Shown one piece after another: positions 17,384 to 27,141 of a DNA stretch of 64,000 nt. Below the pieces are notes generated by a model that worked only from the letters and a program-made list of their open reading frames with translations, did no database searches and was not told where the DNA came from. Every line of letters starts with the position of its first letter. The first letter of the stretch is position 1. The position numbers were made by a program, and so were the translations under genes. The DNA is taken from positions 36,163 to 100,162 of the forward strand of contig JANLSU010000078.1 in NCBI GenBank assembly GCA_031362565.1, given 5' to 3'. The DNA comes from a bacterium (GTDB lineage Bacteria > Krumholzibacteriota > Krumholzibacteriia > G020349025).

Positions 17384-18474
17384 CGCGTGCCTCCGTCACT
17401 CGTCGAGACCCGGCCCTTGAGCCGGTAGACGTAACCCAGGACCTCAGCCACGGCGCGATAGAGCTCGCCCGGAATCTCGGCGCCCACCGGCGCCATGCGG
17501 AAGAGCGCCCGCGCCAGCGGCTTGTCCTCGATGACCGGCACGCCGTGCTGGCGGGCGAGATCCTTGATGCGCTGCGCGATCAAGCGTTCACCCTTGGCGA
17601 CCACTCGTGGCGCACCCATGGACCCTGCGTCGTACTTGAGCGCCACCGCCAAGTGCGTCGGGTTCGTGAGCACGACGTCGGCGGTCGGTACCGCGTCCAT
17701 CATCCGGCGCCGCGCCAGGTCGCGCTGGCGGCTGCGAATGCGGGACTTGATGATCGGATCGCCCTCCGCTTCCTTCTGTTCTTCTTTGACTTCTTGGCGG
17801 CTCATGAGCAGATCTTGGTTGTAGCGGCGGCGCTGCCAGAGCCAGTCGACGACTCCCGAAGCCACCAAAACCAGCGCCACCCGCAACGCGATCGAACCGG
17901 CGAGATCCTCGACGCGCCCAAGCAATGAGGGCAATTCGAAGTCGAGGCCGGCCGCCATCGTTGTCATCATTTCGCGGATCCCGACCCAGCAGACCGCACC
18001 GACGACCGCCACCTTCAGCAGATCGCGCAAAAGCGAGAAGCCTGTCCCGGCCGAGAACATGCGGCGAAATCCGGCCAACGGATCGATGCGCGACAGATCA
18101 GGCATCGCCAAACGCGGCACGAACAGCAGCCCGCCTTGCAGCATCGCGGCAGAACCCGCCGCCGCGACGGTGACGATGCCGAAGAGCGGCAGCAGCAACT
18201 GCACCGTCCACACGAACCAGGACTGCGCGAGCAGCGGCAGTTCGGCGGCCGCCAGCGACTGGCGCGAGATCAATTGCAGGCACTCCGACCAGCGGTCCAT
18301 GGTGCGCTGCATCATCCACGGCCCCACCGTCCGCAATCCCAAAACTGCCAGGAACAGGATGACCGACGATTGCAATTCCTTGCTGCGAATGACCTGGCCG
18401 CGGTCGCGAGCTCGCTTCTTATGCCTTCCGGTAGGCTGTTCGGTCCTGTTGCTCTGTTGCTCGGCCACTGCCAT
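17380..18474 (-). CDS. flhB: Export protein FlhB
   Basis: RTEQPT, EGDP, NPTH autocleavage motif. Confidence 0.97.
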   Translation of the reverse strand: MAVAEQQSNRTEQPTGRHKKRARDRGQVIRSKELQSSVILFLAVLGLRTVGPWMMQRTMDRWSECLQLISRQSLAAAELPLLAQSWFVWTVQLLLPLFGIVTVAAAGSAAMLQGGLLFVPRLAMPDLSRIDPLAGFRRMFSAGTGFSLLRDLLKVAVVGAVCWVGIREMMTTMAAGLDFELPSLLGRVEDLAGSIALRVALVLVASGVVDWLWQRRRYNQDLLMSRQEVKEEQKEAEGDPIIKSRIRSRQRDLARRRMMDAVPTADVVLTNPTHLAVALKYDAGSMGAPRVVAKGERLIAQRIKDLARQHGVPVIEDKPLARALFRMAPVGAEIPGELYRAVAEVLGYVYRLKGRVSTSDGGTR

Positions 18475-18525
18475 TCACCTCGCCGTCGCCGGTTTGCAAG
18501 CTTTCCCGTGCCGTAGCGTGCGCGC

Positions 18526-19305
18526 TCAGTGCGCCAGCGCCGCCACCAATCCGTCGACCGTGTTTGGAACCGAGATCAGTGTCCGTTGGATCAGGGCGAA
18601 AGTCGCCGGCAACGCCAGGGCCGCCACTGCGATCCCGATCACGATGCGGACACCGAATCCCACGCTGAACAAGTTGAACTGCGGCACGCTGCGCGACAGC
18701 AACGCCATCGCCAGTTCCGCCAGAATCACACTCGCGACCACCGGCGCGGCGATTTGCACCGCGATGACGACCGAGTTCCCGAACAACGCCAGGAAGGCCT
18801 CGGCAAGGTGGCCGGAAAACTGCGCCTGTCCCACCGGCACGATCGTGTAGCTGCGGCCGAGTCCGGCCAAGACGACCCGGTGCGCACCGGTCGTCACGAA
18901 CAGGGTGACCGCGAGCAAATCGTGCAGGCGGTCGAGAATGACTTCCTGCTCACCGAAATTCGGGTCGACGCTGGCGGCAAAGCCGAAGCCGATTTGGGCG
19001 CCCGCCAGCCGTCCGCCGTATTGCGCCGCCGAGACCACCACTTGCACCGCGAGGCCGATGAGCACACCCATGGCGGCTTCGCGCGCCACCAAGAGCGCCA
19101 GGCCGAGCGGATCGCTGGGCACCGTCACGCCGGCGCCGGCCACCGGCAGCAGCAGGACGGCGATCATCAGCGACAGCCAGACGCGCAGCGCCGGCGGCAT
19201 GAGCCGCGACGCGAAGCAAGGTGCCACGAACAGCAGCGCCCCGATCCGCACCGCGATCAGCAGCAGGAGCGGTACTTGTGTGAACCACGTCTCGAGTGAC
19301 GACAC
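18526..19305 (-). CDS. fliR: Export protein FliR
   Basis: Hydrophobic, QIGFG, RSVPQFNLF. Confidence 0.93.
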   Translation of the reverse strand: MSSLETWFTQVPLLLLIAVRIGALLFVAPCFASRLMPPALRVWLSLMIAVLLLPVAGAGVTVPSDPLGLALLVAREAAMGVLIGLAVQVVVSAAQYGGRLAGAQIGFGFAASVDPNFGEQEVILDRLHDLLAVTLFVTTGAHRVVLAGLGRSYTIVPVGQAQFSGHLAEAFLALFGNSVVIAVQIAAPVVASVILAELAMALLSRSVPQFNLFSVGFGVRIVIGIAVAALALPATFALIQRTLISVPNTVDGLVAALAH

Positions 19306-19317
19306 GGTACGAACTCC

Positions 19318-19587
19318 TCAGCGCGCGAAGGCGGCAAAATCCCCGAACAACAGCGTCGTGAAACCGACGAGCTTTTGAATCATCCACGGGGCGCATATCA
19401 AGAAGGCGATGCCGACCGCGATGGCCTTGGGAATGAATCCCAGGCTGGTTTCCTGAACTTGCGTCACGGCTTGCAGGACACTCATCAGGATGCCGACGAG
19501 CATTCCGAACAGCAGCATGGGGCCGGCGAGCTGCAGCGTGAGCATCAGCGTCTCGCGGGTCAGGCCCATGAGCATCTCTTCGGTCAT
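19318..19587 (-). CDS. fliQ: Export protein FliQ
   Basis: QAVTQVQETSLGFIPK; 89 aa. Confidence 0.97.
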   Translation of the reverse strand: MTEEMLMGLTRETLMLTLQLAGPMLLFGMLVGILMSVLQAVTQVQETSLGFIPKAIAVGIAFLICAPWMIQKLVGFTTLLFGDFAAFAR

Positions 19588-19597
19588 GTCCGCTTCC

Positions 19598-20365
19598 TCA
19601 CCTGAAACTCGTCACCAGCGACTGCACGACGAGGTGCCACCCATCCACCAGGACGAAGAGCAAGATCTTGAACGGCATCGAAAAGGTGATCGGCGGCAGC
19701 ATCATCATGCCCATGGACATCAGAACGCTTGCCACCACGAGATCGATCACCAGGAATGGAATGAAGAGCATGAAGCCGATCTGGAAGGCAGTCGTCAGCT
19801 CGCTGACGATGAAAGCCGGCACGACGGCTTGCAGCGGCACGTCGGCGACGCTCTTGGCGTCGTGCACTCCGGCCATGTTGGCGAACAGGCCTAGATCTTT
19901 TTCGCGCGTCTGCCGCAGCATGAAGCCGCGCACCGGCTCAGTGGCGCGATGCCAGGCGTCGATTTCCGAGATCTCGTGGCGCACGAGCGGCTGCAGTGCG
20001 TTGTCATTGACTTGCTTCCAGACCGGCGCCATGACGAACGCGGTCAGAAAGAGCGCCAGACCCACCAGCACTTGGTTGGGCGGCGTTTGCTGCTGGCCGA
20101 TGGCGTGCTTCAGGAAACCGAGCACGATGACGATCCGCGTGAATGACGTCACCAGCACCGCGAGTGCCGGCGCCAGCGACAGGATCGTCAGCAATACGAC
20201 GATGCGCAGCGTGACCGGCAAACTCGCCGGGTCACCCGTGCCGTCGACGTTCAACGACACCTTGGGCAGCGCCCAAGCGGCGCTCGCGCCTAGAACGAGG
20301 ACGAGTCCCGCCAAGGCCGCGATGCGCGGCGTACTGCACACGCGCCGGCGGCCGGGGAGCCTCAT
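19598..20365 (-). CDS. fliP: Export protein FliP
   Basis: TSFTRIVIVL, QTPPNQ, MGMMMLPP, PFKILLFVLVDGW. Confidence 0.98.
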   Translation of the reverse strand: MRLPGRRRVCSTPRIAALAGLVLVLGASAAWALPKVSLNVDGTGDPASLPVTLRIVVLLTILSLAPALAVLVTSFTRIVIVLGFLKHAIGQQQTPPNQVLVGLALFLTAFVMAPVWKQVNDNALQPLVRHEISEIDAWHRATEPVRGFMLRQTREKDLGLFANMAGVHDAKSVADVPLQAVVPAFIVSELTTAFQIGFMLFIPFLVIDLVVASVLMSMGMMMLPPITFSMPFKILLFVLVDGWHLVVQSLVTSFR

Positions 20366-20868
20366 GGCGCACCCGCCTTCTGCGTCACGATGTGCAGGAG
20401 GCTCGCGAACGCCGTACCGCGCGGTGCATCACCGGGCGGGTAGAGCGTTGCTGCCTCTTCCGGCGACAGCTCGAACACCGGTGCGATGGACGTTTCCGTG
20501 ACGCCGACCACGACGACGCGTGACCCGGCACGTACGCCATAGAGCGCCCGCTTCGGGGCCAGGTCCAGGCGGTCGACGATTTGGAGTCGGCTGACGCCGG
20601 CCGTGCCGCCGCGCGTGCCCATCGCCCGCCGCAGCACGAATCCGGCACCGAGGATCAGCGCCACGATGAGGGCCAACGCGAGTCCGAGCCGCAGCGACAA
20701 CGACGCCAAGCCGCCGCCCGGGACACCGGGCGGTGTGGCCGATACGCCGGCGCCCGCGACTCCGGTGGCTGGCGGCGTCGTGCCGGTACTGCACCAAACC
20801 AAGAGCGCCGCGCAGCAACACGCCGCGACGGCGATCCAAAGCCAACGGCTGCCGCGCAACGGCTTCAC
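20362..20868 (-). CDS. fliO: FliO/FliZ export chaperone
   Basis: TM helix then LQIVDRLDLAPKRALYGVRAG; between fliN and fliP. Confidence 0.85.
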   Translation of the reverse strand: MKPLRGSRWLWIAVAACCCAALLVWCSTGTTPPATGVAGAGVSATPPGVPGGGLASLSLRLGLALALIVALILGAGFVLRRAMGTRGGTAGVSRLQIVDRLDLAPKRALYGVRAGSRVVVVGVTETSIAPVFELSPEEAATLYPPGDAPRGTAFASLLHIVTQKAGAP

Positions 20869-21317
20869 TTCTTCTCCACGTTCGGGTCGAGCAGTTCGGT
20901 AACACGAATTCCGAAGCGGTCGTCCACGACCACGACTTCACCGCGGCCCACCAGTTCCCGATTGATCAAGATGTCTACGGGCTCGCCCAAGGCGCGTTCG
21001 AGACGCACCACCGATCCAGGGCCAATCTTGAGCGCATCGCGGAGCGGTATCGAGGCACCGCCAAGCACAACGGTCATCGTGACCACCACGTCCATCAGCA
21101 GGCCGATGTTGTCGCGGCCTTCCGGACTCGCGCCGGCTTGCAGCGGTTGAAATTGCGCCCGCCGCACTTCAGTCGTCGCGGCGTCGCCGGCGGCCGGTGC
21201 TGCGGCCCCGACTGGCGGCTCTGCTGCCGGCGCCGACACCGGCACGGCCGCCGCGACGGCGGGGCGGGCCGGATCCACGACCGGGCGTCCGGCGGGTTGT
21301 GCTGTTTCGTTCGCCAC
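20865..21317 (-). CDS. fliN: C-ring protein FliN
   Basis: SPOA domain: IGLLMDV..., GEVVVVDDRFGIRV. Confidence 0.93.
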   Translation of the reverse strand: MANETAQPAGRPVVDPARPAVAAAVPVSAPAAEPPVGAAAPAAGDAATTEVRRAQFQPLQAGASPEGRDNIGLLMDVVVTMTVVLGGASIPLRDALKIGPGSVVRLERALGEPVDILINRELVGRGEVVVVDDRFGIRVTELLDPNVEKK

Positions 21318-21389
21318 GATTCCGTTCTCCTTCCCTTTCCCTGGCGCGTTCGACCGGCGGGCGTATTGCCGCCGCGCCGACGCCGCGCT

Positions 21390-22247
21390 TCACACCGAGC
21401 GCGTGATGCGGACTCCGAATGCGTCCTCGACCGAACCGGGATGGCCCCGGAATGCGACTCGGTCGCCGATCATCACCACGAGTTCGTCGCCGAGCTTGTG
21501 CTCCAGATGAACCACGTCACCGACGCGCAGCGCCGCCAGATCGCGGATGCGGATCGCCGTCGGCGGCCACTGCACACGAACGTGCACGCCGACGTTCTCG
21601 ACGTGCTGCCACGTGAGGCCTTCGCCGTCCTTGACGGTCGTCGCTTCCTCGCCGATCGCCCGGCCGATTTCACCGTGCGAATAGAACAATTCGACGACGC
21701 CGGCTGCGTCGCCGACTCGCACTTCGAATGTCGCCGCCACACCTTCCGTTGCTTCGGTCGCGTGGCGTTCTTCGGCAGCAACGAGCACCGCGGGATGCCC
21801 AGGTGCCGGCGGCACATTCCAGGCCGTCGCCAGCGCCTTGCGCACCGGGTCGGCGGTCAGGGTCAGCAACGCCGACTCGATCTCGGTCGGCTCGCGCGCC
21901 ACTTCGCGCACCGCGCCCATGCCACCCAAGAGCCGGTCGACAAAGGCCTGCGATAGTTGCGCATCGACGCGCAAGAGGATCTGGCCCGCGTCCGTGAACG
22001 GTGCGAGCCGGAAAACGGGGTCGTACGGTGTCTCGAAGAGCTGCGCCGAAGCGCCTTCGCCGGCGCTTCGCAAGGTCACGTCGCAGGTCACTCCCAGCCG
22101 CTCACCGAGTGCCGCGGCGAGCGGCTTCACGAGAGCCGTCTGGTTTTCCGACAAGCGCTCGCGGACTCCCGCCGTAATCCGCACCGGCCGGCGAAAATCG
22201 TAGGCCTGTACTTCGTTGGCTGTCGCCGCCGCGCTCTCGGTCACCAC
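21390..22247 (-). CDS. fliM: C-ring protein FliM (divergent, N-terminally short)
   Basis: YDFRRP, DRLLGG, REPTEIE, C-terminal SPOA domain; between fliL and fliN. Confidence 0.87.
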   Translation of the reverse strand: MVTESAAATANEVQAYDFRRPVRITAGVRERLSENQTALVKPLAAALGERLGVTCDVTLRSAGEGASAQLFETPYDPVFRLAPFTDAGQILLRVDAQLSQAFVDRLLGGMGAVREVAREPTEIESALLTLTADPVRKALATAWNVPPAPGHPAVLVAAEERHATEATEGVAATFEVRVGDAAGVVELFYSHGEIGRAIGEEATTVKDGEGLTWQHVENVGVHVRVQWPPTAIRIRDLAALRVGDVVHLEHKLGDELVVMIGDRVAFRGHPGSVEDAFGVRITRSV

Positions 22248-22256
22248 CAGCTCCGC

Positions 22257-22853
22257 TCACTGAAGGACGAACCGCACGAAGTAGATCGCGCCCACTTCTT
22301 CTTCCGGAAGCAACCGGTCGACCTCGGCTTGGATTTCCTTGCGGATCGTCTCGCGCTGCGAAACGTCGGCGAGTTCTTCGACGGTCTTCGAACTCAAGAT
22401 TTGAATCAGTGCATCCTTGATGGGTGCGTCCTTGGTCTTCATGTCGTCGAGAAACGTCGGCAGCCCGGACTGCAGACCAACGCTGGCGGCGAGATAGCGG
22501 GTACCGCCGCAGCCGGCGGGATTCACCACCAGGTCTTCGATGAGGTAGACGCTGCCGGCAACGGTGCCGCCGGATTCGCTTTCGCCATGGCCCCCGCCGT
22601 GTTCCTGACTCTTTTTCTTGCCACCCTTGTGCGCTTCGCCGCCGGCGGACGCCGGCGTAAAGGCGCCGCGCTGCCCCGACGGCGGAACACTGGCCATCCC
22701 CGGCACCACGACGCGCTCCACCAGCGCCGCCGCACCCAGCGCCGTACCGACGTACAACGCGATGACCAGCGGCAACATCTTGTTGCTCTTGGCCGGTGGC
22801 GCGGCGATCGCTGCCGCGTCCCCAGAGCCTGCTGCCGGTGCTTGATCGGCCAC
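22257..22853 (-). CDS. fliL: FliL
   Basis: Single TM, VVNPAG..GTRYL, IKDALIQILSSKT, IYFVRFVLQ. Confidence 0.92.
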   Translation of the reverse strand: MADQAPAAGSGDAAAIAAPPAKSNKMLPLVIALYVGTALGAAALVERVVVPGMASVPPSGQRGAFTPASAGGEAHKGGKKKSQEHGGGHGESESGGTVAGSVYLIEDLVVNPAGCGGTRYLAASVGLQSGLPTFLDDMKTKDAPIKDALIQILSSKTVEELADVSQRETIRKEIQAEVDRLLPEEEVGAIYFVRFVLQ

Positions 22854-22903
22854 GTTGCATCACCTCCGAAACCGATGGCGGCGGCGCGGTTGCCGCCGCT
22901 TCG

Positions 22904-24829
22904 TCACTGCTTCAGGTTGATCAAATCACTCATGATCTGATCGCTGGTCGTGATGACGCGAGCGTTGGCTTGGAATCCACGCTGCGCGACGATCATCGAC
23001 ACGAATTCTTCGGACAGGTCGACGTTCGATGCTTCGAGCGATCCGGATTCGATCGAGGCGGGAATCGTCGACCCGGCGGCACCGACGATCGGGTCACTGG
23101 TATTGAGCGAGTTCTGGTACAGGCTGCCCGACACCCGCTCCAGGCCGTCGGCGTTGTTGAAGCGCGCCAGCACCACTTGGCCGAGCGTGCGCAGCACGCC
23201 GTTCGTGAAGTGGCCGGCGATCACTCCGGTCGCGTCGATCGACAGCGAGCTCAAGGAGCCGGTCGCCGACCCGTCTTGGGCGTTGGCGCGAGCCGTGAAC
23301 GCCCCGGAGAGTTGCGTCAGCCCGTCGAACGCCGACGCCGTTCCGGCGTCGAACTTGAGAGTCATCGGTTCCGCACCCGGATCGGGGCTCAAGGCCAGCG
23401 CATCCGACCCGCCGTCGTACATCCACGACTGCATGGAACCATCGGTGTTGAACTGCACACTGCCGGAACTACCGGACGTCACCGTCTCGCCGCCGTCGAA
23501 GCCGGCCTTCCAAGACCAAAGACCCGGAGTCGCGGTGCGCGTGAATGTCATGTTCAGCGTGTGCGAGGTGCCGAGCGAGTCATAGACGAGGGTCGACGAC
23601 TTGTGTTCGGTGGCCGCGGTGTCGATGGTCGCGATACCTGCCGCGAGCCCGCTCGCCGAGGTGACTTCGACGTCGCCACCGCCCAGTTTCTCGAGGCCGT
23701 CCGCGACACCCGTCGTCTCGTTGAAGTGGATGGTGAGCGCCACCGGCGACGCCGCCTGGCCGCCCGTCGGCGTGAACACATCGGTCGCCTGTAGGGTGCT
23801 GGCGGTGCCGTTGTTGGCCTGGAAGCTGGCGCCCACGCCGGCGCCGAACAGTTGGCGCGAGATGTTGCCGGCGACGCCGTTCGACGTGACGATGTTGTTC
23901 ACGGCGCCATCACCGTGCATGTCACGCGACAGCTGCACTTCACCATTGACGATCGAGGCCGTCACACCCTTGACGATGCTGTTGATGCTCGATATGAGAT
24001 CCGCGACGGTTGACTGCCCGGTGAGTCCAGTGACCGACACCGGTGTCCCGCCGTCGATCGTGAGACTGAAATCGGCGGCATTCGTGACCCCGAGCGAGGC
24101 CAAGGTTTCGACGCCCGTGAGCCCGCCTGGCACCAGCAGGTTACTGCCAGCCGCCGTGCTCGAGGTGGCGCCTGTCCCGGTGATCGTCACTGCATGCTGG
24201 CCGCCGGCGCCGTCTTTCGCCTTCCCAGAGGTGCGGGTGATCCCGGTCGTGCCGGCCGAGTTCATCGTCGCAATGCTGTCGGTCGCGCTCGCATTGAGAT
24301 TCGCCTTCAACCCAACGGTGGTCGAGGCGGTGCCGGGAATGCTCAGATCGAGCGGCAGGTGCAAGCCTTCGAGCGGCGCGCCGGTCGGAATTGCGCCCTG
24401 GCTGTCGGCGAGCCATCCCTGGACGACATGGCCCGAGCCGCGGTTCACGAGGCTGCCGTCCTTGTCGAACGTGAACGTGCCGGCGCGCGTGTAGAACTTG
24501 TCGTTGCCGTTCGCCAGAACGAAGTAGCCATCGCCGCTCACCGCCATGTCGGTAAGAATGCCCGTACTCTGCATCACGCCCTGAGTGCGGTCGGTGTCGA
24601 CGCTCGCCACTTCCATCCCGAGTCCGAGCTGAATTGCGTTCTGTCCACCCAGGTTGCCGGAGGGCGCCGAGGCGCCGCGCAGCGTTTGCACGAGCGCTTC
24701 ACGGAACGTCGTCCGGTTCGACTTGTAGCCGGGTGTGTTCGAGTTCGCGATGTTGTTACCGATCACGTCCATGCTGAACAGGTGGCCTTTGAGGCCGGAG
24801 ATCGCGCTGTACAACGCTCCGAGAGCCAT
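22904..24829 (-). CDS. flgE: Hook protein FlgE (long form, 641 aa)
   Basis: IGNNIANSNTPGYK, YTRAG.F, LEASNVDLSEEF..MIVAQRGFQAN. Confidence 0.96.
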   Translation of the reverse strand: MALGALYSAISGLKGHLFSMDVIGNNIANSNTPGYKSNRTTFREALVQTLRGASAPSGNLGGQNAIQLGLGMEVASVDTDRTQGVMQSTGILTDMAVSGDGYFVLANGNDKFYTRAGTFTFDKDGSLVNRGSGHVVQGWLADSQGAIPTGAPLEGLHLPLDLSIPGTASTTVGLKANLNASATDSIATMNSAGTTGITRTSGKAKDGAGGQHAVTITGTGATSSTAAGSNLLVPGGLTGVETLASLGVTNAADFSLTIDGGTPVSVTGLTGQSTVADLISSINSIVKGVTASIVNGEVQLSRDMHGDGAVNNIVTSNGVAGNISRQLFGAGVGASFQANNGTASTLQATDVFTPTGGQAASPVALTIHFNETTGVADGLEKLGGGDVEVTSASGLAAGIATIDTAATEHKSSTLVYDSLGTSHTLNMTFTRTATPGLWSWKAGFDGGETVTSGSSGSVQFNTDGSMQSWMYDGGSDALALSPDPGAEPMTLKFDAGTASAFDGLTQLSGAFTARANAQDGSATGSLSSLSIDATGVIAGHFTNGVLRTLGQVVLARFNNADGLERVSGSLYQNSLNTSDPIVGAAGSTIPASIESGSLEASNVDLSEEFVSMIVAQRGFQANARVITTSDQIMSDLINLKQ

Positions 24830-24919
24830 GGGTGAAACTCCTTTTTTGTCGTACGCCCGTTCGGACCCCGAACGGGTTTCCTGTCGATCGTTCGCCGGCC
24901 GTGGCGCGGCGCAGCACAG

Positions 24920-25678
24920 TCACTGTTCGTGGCCGAAAATCCCCAGCCGCAGTGCGGCATGTACAAGGCCGGCTTCGGTATGCACGTCCAGCTTGCGCAT
25001 GATGTGCGCGCGGTGCGTGTGGACCGTCCGGGTGGCGATGTTCAGTTGGGCGCCGATATCGCGCGACCCTTTGCCGCTCGCGACCAAGCGCAGAACTTCG
25101 CGTTCACGGTTCGTCAACGGCCGGCGATGCGGCGCGCCGCCGCGTTCGACGTAGTCGCGCACCACGACCCGCGACGTCCCCGCCGACAAGTGGAAGCGTC
25201 CCGCGTGGACGGCGCGGACGACCGCCGGCAACTCGTCGACGTTCTCGTCCTTCAAGAAGTAGCCGGCAGCGCCGTGTTCGAAGGCGGTGCGCACGGCGTC
25301 TTCGGACCGGCGCTGTGAAAGCACAACGGTGCGCGTGCCGGGACAGGCGCGGCTCACCTCATCTAAGACGTCGAGGCCGCCGCAGCCTGGAATCGCCAGG
25401 TCGAGAACGATGACATGCGGCTGCGTGCGCAGCGCCAGCGACAGCGCCTGCGCGCTGTCATGTGCCTCGCCGACGATTTCGAAGTCGGGGACGCGCGACA
25501 GCACGAAGCGAAGGCCGGCGAGAACCAGCGTGGTCCCATCGGCCAGCAGCACGCGGATCGGCGTCGTCGCCGCGGCGCGCGCCGGCTGAACCTCGGACTC
25601 GGTCCAGAGCCATGGCCCGAATTCGCGTCCCGCCGCTGGAGACTCCCGTGCTGGTTCGTATGCGAGTGGCGTTTTCAT
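24920..25678 (-). CDS. NarL/FixJ-family response regulator (REC + LuxR HTH)
   Basis: IRVLLAD, VIVLDLAIP, GYFLK, LTNREREVLRLVASG...TVHTHRAHIMRKL; start uncertain (25678 chosen; track gives 25753). Confidence 0.9.
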   Translation of the reverse strand: MKTPLAYEPARESPAAGREFGPWLWTESEVQPARAAATTPIRVLLADGTTLVLAGLRFVLSRVPDFEIVGEAHDSAQALSLALRTQPHVIVLDLAIPGCGGLDVLDEVSRACPGTRTVVLSQRRSEDAVRTAFEHGAAGYFLKDENVDELPAVVRAVHAGRFHLSAGTSRVVVRDYVERGGAPHRRPLTNREREVLRLVASGKGSRDIGAQLNIATRTVHTHRAHIMRKLDVHTEAGLVHAALRLGIFGHEQ

Positions 25679-26278
25679 TCTGGGACGGCATTCAGCAAGG
25701 TCTCTGCCACGCGAGTGATTCTCATCGTGTGATAGGGGTTCCGACTTGAGCACTATCGTGATCCGACGTATGCGACGTACGACTGGCCGTGCTGCGCGTT
25801 GTTGCGACTGCTCGATTCGGAGGCGCGCGGGCGGGCTTTCGATCGTTCCGGCGCTCAGTCTCCGCCACCATCATTTGCAGGACGTGATCGAACGCAGTCC
25901 AATTGGATGAACCACAGGCGGGTGTTCAGAGGATGTCTGGATGAGTGATTTGAACTACGGGGGGGCACGTGGTTCCGGGGCGCGGCGCCGCCGGACCGAC
26001 CTGGATCGCGCATTTCTACGCCACTCAGCCTCTAGAATCCGGCGAAATCGTAGTTTAGCGTAGTTCTTCTGAATGATACGCCGCTTGGCCGTTCGCCCGA
26101 TACCGACCCCCCGTACACACGATTCCGAGGGCCGTCACCGTCCTGTCCCGTTTTATGCGTCCTCTATTTGACAACTCGCGGGGATGAGGTATATGCATCC
26201 CGTCAATCGCCCCTCGCGGGATGTGTGCGGGCAGACCGGAACTGCCCAGGACCGGGAACTCGGATGGAGGGGTTCGCA

Positions 26279-27010
26279 GTGCCTTATCAGTCGACCGTGA
26301 AGGTGGAATCGCCTGGTTCCGCGCGTGTCGAGCACGAGATCGTGACGCCGGCGCCATTTGGATCTCCGTGCCCGCCAGTTCGTGTGCTTGTCGTAGACCG
26401 CCCCGGGTGGGTGTATTTCGGTTCCGCAGCAGTGGCGAGTGACAACGCCTCTCTCGAGGTCGTGGGCCGGGCGCTCGATGCGTCCGACGCGGCTCGCTTG
26501 GCGTTGCAAACCCGGCCGGACGTGCTCGTGGTCAACTTGCCGTCCGATCCGCGCCGTGCCATCGATACCATTCAGGAACTGAAGCGTACCCTTCCCGACA
26601 CCCGGATGGTCGCCTTTGCGTCGATCGGCAGCGGGCCGTTCGTACGCGAAGCGTTCGAGGCCGGCGTCGCCGCGCTGCTTTTCCGCGACGACGATCCGGC
26701 GATGCTGGCAGAGGTCATCCGCACCGTGCGGAGCGGGAAGTTCGTGGCGCCGTTCGTGTCGGAGATCTTGCGCGACGACGCGGCCCGCGCTGTCGAGCAG
26801 GAGTCGTTCGTGAATGTTCTGACCCGCCGGGAGTGGAGCGTTCTGAAACTGATCGCCGAAGGCCTCAACTCGCGCCAGATGGCGGGCGGCCTCGGTATCA
26901 AGCTCACCACCGTGCACGCGCACCGGGCCAACATCATGAAGAAGCTGAACATCCACAAGGCGGTTCAGCTCTCGCAGTACTACTTCCGGTACGTGGCGTA
27001 CGTTCGCTGA
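26279..27010 (+). CDS. Atypical NarL-family regulator (pseudo-receiver + LuxR HTH)
   Basis: LTRREWSVLKLIAEG...TVHAHRANIMKKL; REC has Asn at the phospho-Asp position (DVLVVNLP); GTG 26279 preceded by GGAGG. Confidence 0.85.
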   Translation: MPYQSTVKVESPGSARVEHEIVTPAPFGSPCPPVRVLVVDRPGWVYFGSAAVASDNASLEVVGRALDASDAARLALQTRPDVLVVNLPSDPRRAIDTIQELKRTLPDTRMVAFASIGSGPFVREAFEAGVAALLFRDDDPAMLAEVIRTVRSGKFVAPFVSEILRDDAARAVEQESFVNVLTRREWSVLKLIAEGLNSRQMAGGLGIKLTTVHAHRANIMKKLNIHKAVQLSQYYFRYVAYVR

Positions 27011-27141
27011 CGCCGGCGGTGGCTCGGAGGGGCGGCGCGCCAACGAGGTCGCGCGCCGGAAGCCCAAGCCCGCCCGGTACAGACCGCCAGACGAGTCCGC
27101 GAGCCGAGTTGCTCGCCGGCTTGTACTGGCGGTCCGTGCTT

